64,000 nucleotides of DNA from Balanoglossus misakiensis (taxonomy: Eukaryota > Animalia > Hemichordata): assembly GCA_040954595.2 (NCBI GenBank), contig CM082580.2:10766390-10830389 (forward strand), in the 5' to 3' direction. The position numbers were made by a program, and so were the translations under genes. The number at the start of each line of letters is the position of its first letter. The stretch's first letter is position 1. Shown in pieces: positions 52,284 to 64,000 of the stretch. Below the pieces are notes generated by a model. It worked only from the letters and a program-made list of their open reading frames with translations, was not told the DNA's origin and did not search any database.

Positions 52284-55200
52284 CGGGTCATGACCTTTCG
52301 ATATCGTAGAGGGCGCTGAACATCCGGCAAGCACAGGATCGTAGCTACGCAACCAAATACGTAACCTTGTAAAAGTTTTCTGATATTAGTTATTTCTTGA
52401 GACAGAACCAACATATCTTACAAAACGCCGTTTACAAACAAAACTCATGCCATTACTATAGGTACTTCAGTAGAGAGAGATAAAGGAAATGCAACTTTTG
52501 AATACAAATCTCGACCACAGTGACCATTCTACTTTCTTTCTGAGAGAATGCTTAGAAGTAGTCCGTGGAAGTAGTTTTGTCAACGCCGATGGTGTCTTTT
52601 AAAGAGATTAGAACGTGCAGATTTCTTCAGAGCTCGTGTTTGTCCTACAGTAATGCATTCCCCAAAGATTATACACTTGTTTCTGCTTTACATTGTGCCA
52701 AATCAATCCATGTCAGACACACTCCGCTTTATGGATTGGTGAATCCATGTTTACAGACTAGACCCGGCCAGACAAGCCACACCAATCATTTATTAATTTT
52801 GTCTTACTGCACTCCCTGAGTGTGTTGTTGATCTAATGATGTACTGGTACTTCACATTGAATTCACCTGTAGAAGTATCTGTGTGTACGTGGAAACCAAA
52901 TTTTCGAGACAAACCACTTTTTGTAAAATGTTTTTGTTTTATTTAGATTGTGAAGTTTGCTTTTGTTTCTACTACATACATGGACAGTATGGTTTATTCA
53001 TATAAAATGTAACAATATATGCCAAATACAAGCCATGCTTTACTATGACAACAGCGATACCATGGCAATAAACAAATGCCACACCCACTTTACAATTTAA
53101 CAATTTATCTTTAATACGTACAGGGTCATTATACACATAGACAACCTTTTTGCCTTAACCTTTATTTTCAAATTCCACAATTCACTTTGTTGCTGACTCC
53201 ATCCACCCGTAACTTTTCAGCAATATTCCTTATCGGAGTTTGTCTACACGAGTCTCACATTTTGGGGACACACAGAGGTGGGCACATTTGCCACTAAAGC
53301 TTCAGTAATATTCCTAAAATGACATACAGAATTCCATGCACCTTTTTAAAAAAAAACATCTTACATTGTGACAATTACTCCTTTGACTACACACTGAAGT
53401 AGTGCCCTCACGTGACAACATTCAACAAAATCTAAACAGCAATTCATCAATGTCATAATGCAGCATTGTCCATCACTAGTGTCATTAAGGGTATACACGC
53501 TCTAAAGTGAGAACCATATTTTATCCCCCTGCATGTGATTGCACTGGAAACAGCAACGAAGGCTGTGTCTCTCACCAAGACCACTGTCCTCAATATATAT
53601 ATGCACGAGGATAATTGGCATCGAGAAAATGAATAAAACCCCACCAGGCTTATTTCCAAATAAAGAACGTTCAATTACTGCCATTAAAGCACGTTGATCT
53701 TGGCTATAATGCTGGCAATTAAAACACGGTGACCCCCCTTTTTTATTACGACTTTTGACCACACTGCAAAGGACTAAAAGTGTTCATTAAAAATAAAAAT
53801 GTGTACATGTATATTACCAGCGTCGAAATGTCAGTCTGCGAGTTAAAAGATCAAAAGGTATTTGTCTTGCTAAGACTTTATAAAACAAAAGGAAGAAAAT
53901 TGGCCACCATACATGAAAGTCATTGCATGCAGAGAGTGGAAGAAAATGCTGATGAGAATCAAAGCCCCTACAAAACCGTTCATAAAATGGTATAAATTTG
54001 CGCCCATTGTGATGTCTAGTCTGGCCAGTTCTCTTGCATTTTTATAAATCTGTCCCTCCAAAAGACTGCTTCTTGCCCGAAAGCCTGCTCTCAGCTCCTC
54101 TGAAAAAAGTACAACTCAGTAAAGCTACTAACAGTAAATATCCCTGGTTACAGAAGAAAAAAAAGTCGATTCTCTTAAATCCAACTTCAAAGAATATACA
54201 AGAAAGAGTTGGTTCACAAACAGCAGATAAATTCTGCAAATGAGTTCTCATAATTTTTTCAATATACATGTAGTTGAACTTTCTCCAAAATCCAATATGG
54301 CTGCCAACCGAATAATCAAAGAACTACAAAGATGGACAGAATGCAACTTGTTGGAAATCCTATTGGGTCTTCCACATTTCAAGACATAATTTAGAAGTTG
54401 CATTTTAATTCTACATCGTAAAACTCTTTTTTTCATTCGTAAGTAAATACAGCCATTTTAACTACAATGGCGCTAAGAAAGGGTTTAACTTTGTTTCTGC
54501 ACAATAAATGATGATGAGTACTCAAAGTTTCACTCATTATTTTTAGTGGGTGTACCACATTAAATTTTGGTAAATTTTTTCTCTCATAAAATTGAATTAA
54601 AAATAAATACGAGCAGGGTTTGGTTTGACTTATTTTATCTTGAAGGTTCTCACGCAAAGGGCTTGCTTTAAACCTGCATAATTTTTGCTTTATTTTAAGT
54701 GAATGGCCCACTGAATTGCTTCGGTTGACATAAAATAATTTCAGTTTTTAAGAAGTCAAATGTACATGATAATACTTACAACAATGAAGTACATGGATTT
54801 ACTTTATGTACACCCCTTCTATGATTTCAGAGTAACCGTGCCTTTTACAAAATTGCTGATGAAAGATTTTCTCAGAAATGGCCTCAGTGACAGGATTTTG
54901 CCAGCCAGTGTGCCCTCTAATGACAAAGGCCCTTGGGAAAGCACTTAACCTTTTCTTCTTGTTTAAAAAAAAAAAACAATATAAAAGGCACAGTTGTCTG
55001 AAATCAATAGTACTGGGTGATTAAAAACAGAAGACAGCTATGCTGCACACAGAAAGAACGACACACACATGTAGCCCTCCAGCTTATGCAAACTTTGCCC
55101 AAATACTGCCAATGATTACTAAACAGTCTGTAACACAAACCCACATTGAGAAAAAAATATTCCAAATCCCAGTCCATGCAGCCCCACTTCTGGTCTCAAA

Positions 55201-56491
55201 TTTTAAGTCATCCATCTCAAACTCTTTATAAGGTCAATTTCCAACAATGTTTCTTTAAGTAGGAAAGACTCGTCTGGTAAATTATATGTGTGACAAGAAC
55301 TCAGGTGTATATCTCATGTATATGATTGCGTGGTCCATATGACAGTGCACATCTCAGCACAGGTACAGTACTACCTACACCCATTCTGCATTATGGTTTG
55401 GTCTGACCAACAAGTTTTCAGTGGTAAATTTGGACCCATGTATGTACACGGAGGGGGTTGAAAGGTAAAGATAGAGGGGAAAAGCAGGACACCTTGTCTT
55501 TCTAGCAGCTTTTTAATTGAGCACATTCAAGTTAAACAGGGCTAAAAAAACCACTCCTCTCGTTTTTTTGCTCATAACTATAAAAAAAATTCTGGTAAAC
55601 AGTGCTCTGGTAGTTTACTCGAGGAAAAATTTCAGAATGGATCACATGCAATGGCCGCCAGAACTCAATTAAAACGTCTACATTCACAATATCTCTCACC
55701 TATCGTTCCTAGATTCTCCAATGGTTCAACATGAATTACATTCCTTTCACATCTATCACTCATTCCTGTGGAAGTCATATTACGTAATCTGTTCAGAGAA
55801 AATATATATTTCTCCCCAATTTTATTCTTGCACAATGAGTTGTTGCAAAAGTGTTTTTTTCTTGTCACGTAACATATAGGATTCTTGAAGTTCTCTTAGT
55901 ATTTATTATTATTATTATTAATTTTTTTTTTGGTAATCTTTTTCTAGCTCTGGGCAGTTCCAGTCCAGTCATTACTTCAAACTGTTCAACAGATTATATA
56001 CATTACACAGTCAGTATACATGAAATTACTACGGATAGGCTGTCAGTCTATATTCGCCTTGCCTCCCAGCGCTGAACTCCCCTATGGCCGCAAGAAAAAC
56101 GAAGCCCGGTCTGTTAGCATTTCGCCGACATGTACAGAATCCCTGACTGCGTTTCAGCAATCATCATTCCGTCACTGGTGCTCGGTGCTCTTCCAGATCT
56201 CTTCCCAGTGGCACGTAAATCCGTACTCCGGTTCTTCCGATATTTCTCACTGGAGTCATTGCCACAAATCTTCATGGACACCTTTCCATGTTTACATCTC
56301 TCCCTCTTTCCTTCCTTCCTTCCTGTAAATCGCTCCACTGATTAGGTATGGCTTGTAGCAATCACAAACGGGTCTGGCCCCCCTAGGGCCAGCTTTTGTG
56401 ATTATATTTGTATTGGATTTGTAAACAGTCTTACAGCGTACGAGTTGGTTCCTCTGCAGTAATGCCTTGGATAATTACGGAGAGTTGGTGT

Positions 56492-59400
56492 CTAGAGGGT
56501 GACCATGGATCTATACGGACCCTGCATCTTCAGATACTGCAACAGAAGTTCAAATTAAATTTAGAATAGTAATTATTTAAACATGTCATCATTATAAAAG
56601 ACAACACGTTTATAGAGATAAAAATGTTAAATGATCATTTGATGATGAAATGTGTATAATAATAGGGTTATACACAAAACACAGCCACGTATGGGCTCTG
56701 TCTGCAAAGTATTGGACTCTATGGCTCATCCAATTCACCAAGCATGTGATAAAAGAGACTCGACCAACTCAATCTGACCCTAACCTTCACCCACTGCTCC
56801 AGACAGCACAAAAACGCTTGGAAAGGAATTAGACAACAGATCAATGCTGACCTGTATGACCAGAGATGGTCCCCCTCCGACCACCTCTTGTGGAAGATTG
56901 CTCAGCGGGCAGTTCTCGATGCTCATGATTTGAAGAGCCGAACACAGGGCCAACTCGAACGGCAGCGAATGCAAATGAGGGTTGTCATTCAAGTAGAGGT
57001 GCTCCAAACTCTCCAGGGTGCCAATCTCCTCCGGGAGGGACTGTAAGTTGTTCTCGCCGACGCTCAGATACTGCAGGGTGGTCAGGTGTCTGAAATCGAG
57101 CAAAAGTTACAGTTGCTTAAAAATTGCCAATGTCATCCAAAATTTGCTGCTAATAATCTATAAACACAAGCGAAGACACTATCAAGCCACCAGCACTGGC
57201 TTTTCTGAAAGCACACATGTGAGGAAAACTCTTACCCAATGCCTCTTGGTAAAGACGTCAGCTGATTGGACTGCAAGACTAGCCTCTGAATTTGCCGTAA
57301 ATAAGCTGTTGAATTAGAATAGAGAGAGAGTTTAGATGAGTTTATAACCAGCAGTGTGTGTCATTGTGGGCATGGACACCCTTGTGAATTTGCAAGAACC
57401 AAGATTTCTCTGATTAAGTCCTACAAACAATGTTGCATGCCTGTATACTAGACCATTTATCTTCAAAAATCTTTGACAATGCCACTGTACTTACCAATCT
57501 CTGAAGGTAAGCTCTCCAGTTTGTTCTCTTCCAAGTCGAGCACTCTCAGCTTTTGCAAGGAACCGATGCCTCTGGGCAATTTCTGCAATGACAACATCCC
57601 AAGTACGTATGAGAGCCATGCCAAGACAGTTAAAATATGTTTAGAAAATTGGCCCATACGTATTTTAAGGGACTTGACACTCTTAGCAGGTATGACACCC
57701 AGTAGCATTAGGATTAATTAAACACAGGTATCCTTACCTTGAGTAAATTATTACTTAGAATTAATACTTCTAATGAAGTCAGGGACTGGATGTCCTCTGG
57801 GAGCTTAGTGAGTTGGTTGGTGCCAAGGTTCAACTCTACCATAGTCATCCACGAAGCAACATCTGGAAACGAAAAATGGTATGATTATTGTTGCAGACCC
57901 CACTAATGAACTAGAGTCAGTTCATGCCCCCTATTGCACAGGCCTGGCCCATATAGTCAAAAGTAAGAAAGGTCAGGGTCTGAAAGGTTTTAGAGTGATA
58001 CTTACCAAGAGGTAAAGCTGTCAGCTGATTCTCCTTCATGTTGAGTTTAGTCAGATACTTCGCCCGACTAAAAATACCGAATGGAATCTTCGTTATGTGA
58101 TTGTGCTCCATATTTATTGACTGAAACAAAACAAAATAGTTGGTATTAAAATCGTGACATTACTCTGCCAGATAATGACATCACTGTTAAATCATGACTG
58201 CTGTTGAATGATGTCATTTTGACATCGCTTTAAATCGTGACATCACTTACGTATACAGTAGCAAACTGAGAGGGTCCACCAATCGGATAAGACGTAAAGT
58301 TGTTCCTTGACAGACAGAGACTTGTCAGATTTTCCAGGCTTGAAAGAAGACCTTCCTGTTTGACGAAACAGAAAATAGATTTATTGATAGAGAGTCCTTC
58401 CACTCATATAATATTAATCTGTGAAAATGTTTGTGTTGACAGTATAGTATCTTAATTTAACCTACCGGTAATGCAGAGATGTTGTTGTTTTCTACGTTGA
58501 ATTCCTCCATTTCTATACAGTTACTCAGGGACTTGGGTATTGCCTGCAGACGATTATACCTGAAAATAAAAAGACAGACCACATGATGAAAATTGAAACA
58601 ATCCAGAAGCCATGATACACAACAAAAGAACGAAAAATTTGAATATCTCACCTTAGTCCTAGTCGACTGAGCTGTTTTAGGTTACCAATAGAATTTGGTA
58701 AATCTAGCAATTCATTATGTTGTAAATCCAGTGACGATAACTGTGCACAATTTCCAATCTCTGTAAAAACAAATTAGAGCATTTTTAGATAATGTCAATC
58801 AACTAAAAATATTTCCATATTGATACGTTAAAAAATCAGCGAGTCTAAATTCATAGCTGAGGCCAGGTTAGTGATGTGTGAAATATATCCACTCACCTTG
58901 TGGCAAATGTTCTAAGTGGTTATGCGAAACATCAAAGGTAATGAGATGGACCAGTTTACCAATGCCCTCTGGTAAATGTCTGATTTTATTTTCACGTAAA
59001 CTTAACATGGTTAGTTTCTGAAGAAGAAGAAAACAGTACATTGAAGTCAATGATGACGGCACAGTTATATACTTGTTCCTTTATTTTTGAGAAAAATACA
59101 ACGTAGAGCCTATTATCTCTCAATAATGTTGGGTCTTCTTTGAACTTACAGTGAGGTTTGAGAGCTCTTCACCGACTTCAGTTATTCTGTTAAACCTTAG
59201 GAAGAGTGTGGTCAGGGACGTCAGCTTGTAAACAACTTCTGGAATCTGGAAATCAGAAATTGAGACAAGTCGCAGTTGTTGTGAGATCTAACTGGCTGGT
59301 TCATCAGTTGTAACAGAGGAAAATCTCTTTCAATTACACGATGCAGTCCCTACATGAGGTTCAGGGAACGATATGGATAAACATATTTCACTCTATACGA

Positions 59401-60906
59401 ACTGTCACTGACCTCTTTCAGTTTGTTGTGCCTCAGATCAAGTACTTTGAGCGCCTTAAGTCTCTCCAACGACATCGGCAAACTTGTCAGCGAGTTCTCG
59501 CTCAGGGCCAGCTTCTGCAGGTTGCTTAGGTAACCAATCTCTGGAGGCAGACATTGTAACCTGTTTCCATAGAGATACAGCTCCATCAACTGTGTCAACT
59601 AATGAGACAAAACAGGAAAATGTGTTGATGCACATTTCATAATGTCACAACACAGAAGCGAGATACGACACCGCAGTGATTTGAATCAAAAGAAAAAATT
59701 CGAAACAAGAGTACCTATGAATTAGATTTCAAAAGTTTAAGACTTCAATTTTAAGAAAACATGTCCACAACATGATACCTAACGTTACTTGGCGATCTAG
59801 TTTACTTACATCCTTGATGGTGCTGGGCAACACAGATATCTGAAAGGTGGGGAAAAACACAAGAATATTTTAATTGGCATTAGAAGAAAAACCTGACCAA
59901 TATGTAAAACAGAAGCCTTACTACTACATTTTTACCAAAGACCAAACTTTTCACTTTCATTCAAATGTAATAAAATGTTTACGGTACTTACACATGACTT
60001 GCTCAAGTCTAACCTAGTGTCACCTTGTTCCTTGCACTTTAAGAATTCCTTCCCAACATCCTATAGAAGAGATGGAAAAGAAATAGCGAGTGTAAGGTTG
60101 TATCAAAGCAGTCATTTGTTTACATGCAGACATGTAAAGCCTGTGTATGGTACAATGTTGATGAGGGTCTATTGACAGTCAGTGACCAATACTTACTTCA
60201 GGATATGAGCAGCCTAGCAATAATTGACACTACCGTATGTTTCAGTGGGCATAGCAAACCCACTGTACAATCTCATCAGAAACGAAGCAAATTACACTTA
60301 GCAATGATAGTGACGTTGTCACCACCAAGAAATTAACAAAGAACCCTACCATGGCTGGTAAAATCACGATATGCAGGCAACGAGGCTTTGTCACGCGTAC
60401 AGCAAGCTACACACGTAACTACACGAGTACCCAAGCTGATGCGTGACAATAAGGGTTAGTGGAGAATGCTTTATATGGCACTCATAACCCGCCCACGTTA
60501 CCCGCATTGGCGCTGGGAAAGTCAACACGAATGAAAAAAATTCAAATGTCATGTGGAGGTTTGAGAGTCGACTATTCCCAGAATTTACAATAGGTGGTCT
60601 TTATCTCCACCTTTTTATATTTCAACAGAAAAGTTGTCCGGGGAAAAGAGAAGGGCTGTGATGTGAGGGTAATGAACATATACGTGTAGTCTACACTCTG
60701 AAAATTGGGTTACTGTGTAATTGTAAAGAGTATTGAAAACAGAAAAAAAAACTTACCAAGTCTGCTTGCACTGATTTCTTGTTTTTGTTTGTGGGTTTGG
60801 GAATATCATTTTTGAACACTTTGACAGTCACTTTCTTTTTACTGGTGGGTTTGTCCACCTTGGCGTCGCGGTCGTCGAAACCACTGGCTTCACCGGATCC
60901 ACTCAT
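56492..60906 (-). CDS. SHOC2: Leucine-rich repeat protein SHOC2/SUR-8, ~546 aa, 15 coding exons
   Basis: Exons 60906-60757, 60060-59992, 59839-59810, 59598-59413, 59245-59150, 59017-58897, 58760-58652, 58559-58466, 58355-58251, 58120-58006, 57862-57738, 57582-57495, 57305-57236, 57089-56852, 56536-56492; GT-AG and in frame (1641 nt). Diagnostic segments [89 protein letters not shown]. Confidence 0.97.
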
Positions 60907-63900
60907 CTTGACTGGTGTTCACACTCCACCAATGGATATCATCGGAGCGAGAAGAGATTGCAAAAAAAAGGGGGGGACTGCAGAAAGAAGAGCGTTGAGA
61001 TTTCTTCCACTATGGATTGGATACCCACTCCCTTAGTAGAAGGCTAACACAACTCCACGCATTCAAGAACCCGCGCGCTGGCCTCTCTCATTATACGGTG
61101 CCTGCAATAAACAAAAACAAATGACACATGGTTGAAATGGAGAGAATGCTATAGTGATTATTTCCAAATTTATTCTCATTCTCATTTTGTACTATAAACC
61201 ACCGTTGGAAGCAGCTGCACTTTTAACAACTTTGAATGTTCAAAGGTCACTACATAAAGTTCATATGTCACAAATTCACACAATGTCCAAAATTCAACGA
61301 AATCTCTGAAGTATGATTGAACTAGGATTCACAGACAGACAGACAGATGGATTGATAGATAGATATCATTCTTTAAGCCCCCCCCCCCCCCCCACCACAT
61401 TGATGGGAATGACTACTTTTAACAGTAAATCAATGTTCCCTCTACACCATGAAGGCGCACAACACATCATGAAAAACACTGCTGCAGATGGCATATGACG
61501 TGACCTATATAACCACACTTTTCGTCATCGGATCCACCCCCTGCATCAAAGCTATGCCCACGCACATTTACTTCTTCTGTGGGTGTAGTACATGTATGTG
61601 CCTTTGCTGGAGACCTAAAGCATAGGTTTTCATGTTTAAGTATTGAATGCTAACATTTTGAACATAGATCCAGCAATCAAAGATTCATATTGGCAGATAG
61701 ACTCTACATGATTAATACAAAATCTTATACCACCCCTGCAGATGCAAAATCAACTCAAACCAACTCGACTAACTCAAGATACCCATCATGATTTTACCAC
61801 TCCCCCACATTTTGTTGTGTTAGGGTCAAGCCATACCATTTTAACACAATGATGTGATTGCTCAATAGAGTGGGAAAAAGGTTAAAGGTAGAAAACGCAA
61901 TGTCCTACTTACATGAATCTCAATCTTTCATTTTAAAACAAAACAGACCTATCTTTGCCTTTCAAAAAAACGGCTTCCTTTGGAAAAGTAAGAAAAGGTC
62001 TTCAGATATCTACACCTATATCCTTATTAATCTCAATACCAGAAGCTTCTCTACGACTGGTATTCTCTGTTCTCAATGGTTTGGTTGGATAATGTTGCAG
62101 AGTATGTATTCAAGGCAGCCATCTTGTTGACCTTTGACCTCCATTAACTGTTCATAAATCACAACCTGATTCACAGCCTCAGCATCTTAATACCAATGTT
62201 TCCCTAACAATGTATTCATGCAAATAGGATAGCACATGCACACGCAACCATTTCTACATAAGTCAATTTCCCAGTGTAAACATCATTTTTTTCTGAACAC
62301 TCTTCTAAAATGTTCAATATATAAATAGAAAGAGCCAATGGAATTTTGATCATCTGTCGTGAAATTGGTGATATTCTGCTGAATAAATTACAGCACTTTG
62401 ACTCACTTCGCCGTATGTTATATTTACCGTATTGAATTATACGATGTGTGTGGAGAAACATCCCACAGCAACCTCGCCCACTACAGTTCCAACGATCCAA
62501 AAAGGAAGAAAAATCAGAGCGTGTCAACGAAACCGAGACAACGAAGGGATGACTGTTTCACCTTCACCTGCCATGCATACCAATAACGCATGCATATCAG
62601 GGTCAATCACCTTTCAGTGAAACCGTACTGCCATGACCACAAATGCACTTTGCTGGGAAATTATGTCACGAAACACGACACCCCTAATCTGATATCATAC
62701 CACAGGAATATCAGGGGTGCATTCTTTGTAAATGAATATGAATTTCATCAGAATTTCTGGTTTTATTTTTACCAATAAGCCATCAAAATTTCTCGTATGT
62801 GATTGTGAATTTTTTTTTATCAGTAAATCTACTTACACTGTCTGTGGCTATGGAAGCAGACCAAGGGAATGTGACGTACGATTGAAGATAACTTAGTACA
62901 TTCCGACAGACAATGCAACAATATCAATGAAATAAAATTATCGCAGAGGTATTACACAATCACCAGAGGGAAAATTTGCACACGCAATGATCTCATTAAT
63001 AATAAGGGGAAAAAGTAGTTTGACCTGCCTTAAGAGAATTAGTCATTGAGGGCCTGCCTTAATTATGAAATTTATGTGGCAGGCAATTGAATTGTTTGAT
63101 AAGATAAAATTCATCAGAGAAGAAGACAAAGAGAGTATATCCATGTACGATTATGTCGGAATCTGGAATTGAGAGGACGCAGGTTAAAAGGTTGTCACCA
63201 ATCAGATCTGTACAAATACACACAAGACAATCCGTACACAATTTTATCATCAACATTCTTGCTCTTAGAACCTCTGACATCCAAATGCCGTACTTCTTAT
63301 AACAAAGCAGTTGACCAAATACCCAACATTTCTCGCAATGCAGCAAATAGAAGCCTTTTCCGAAATGTATTGCGCATATAGCTATTGAGCCTATTCCATT
63401 CAGTGTTGAACAAGCATTCTTCTGATCTCAAACCAACACGGAAGAAAAGGCACCGGGCACAGAGATACGAAACGGGAAGCTGAGCTGGGAATCATGGGCC
63501 AGTCGTCAATGTGTCATGTCACTCACTGCACTGTGTTGTATGAGTTATGGCAGTTATAGTACTTTGTGAGCACATTGTGACACCTGTATAACCAGGGCAC
63601 CCACAACATTGTTCTTTTGTTTTGCTCATCCAGGGGCTTTTAAAAACTGACTGACTGATACACATTAACTGTCAGGACTATTGTCCTTATGTGTGTTTTT
63701 ATTATAGTCATCACCAGGTACCCCTGTTCTCTCCAGGCCTGGTTGCTATGGCGACTAATATCTCAGAATAATTTTTTTTCAAGTGCAGGTTACAGGGCCC
63801 ACAACTCAGCACAGTGTTCTCCCTGCAGCAATCAAATCACCATCCTTTTCATTTCGGGAAAACAATAGAAACTGATCAATAGAACAACTAATTTCATTAT

Positions 63901-64000
63901 TGCAGTGTTATGCAATGGGTATAATTGGAAACTCTTGGGCAGAGCACACAGTGCCAATTTGCAAGTGGCTCTAACCAATAAAATAACGTGCAATGAAATC

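Noticed and set aside
56020-56345. GC-richer segment after the SHOC2 stop as an extra coding exon or readthrough
   Set aside because: Stops in most frames, no recognisable domain, SHOC2 already has its conserved C-terminus

Overview
Eukaryotic (invertebrate animal, AT-rich, GT-AG introns) genomic window; the ORF track is mostly noise, so the genes were rebuilt by hand from splice sites and reading-frame phase. Left to right: (1) the 5' part of a GDNF-family-receptor-alpha-like (GFRa/GAS1-domain) gene on the minus strand, running off the window start; (2) a ~19 kb non-coding interval with a 6.25-copy ~554-bp tandem array (each unit carries an 85-bp nested palindrome), a 157-bp tandem duplication and several RFX X-box-like motifs; (3) an 18-exon RFX6 orthologue (+); (4) a two-exon minus-strand model joining a catalytically dead FAM84/LRATD-type domain to an NHL-like beta-propeller and a Cys-rich C-terminal membrane anchor, the most unusual coding feature here; (5) a secreted MCFD2-like EF-hand protein with a long Gln/His-rich tail (+); (6) RPL32 (-); (7) SHOC2 with 15 coding exons (-). 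Family assignments come from recalled motifs, not database searches. No CRISPR, rRNA, tRNA or autonomous transposon was recognised.
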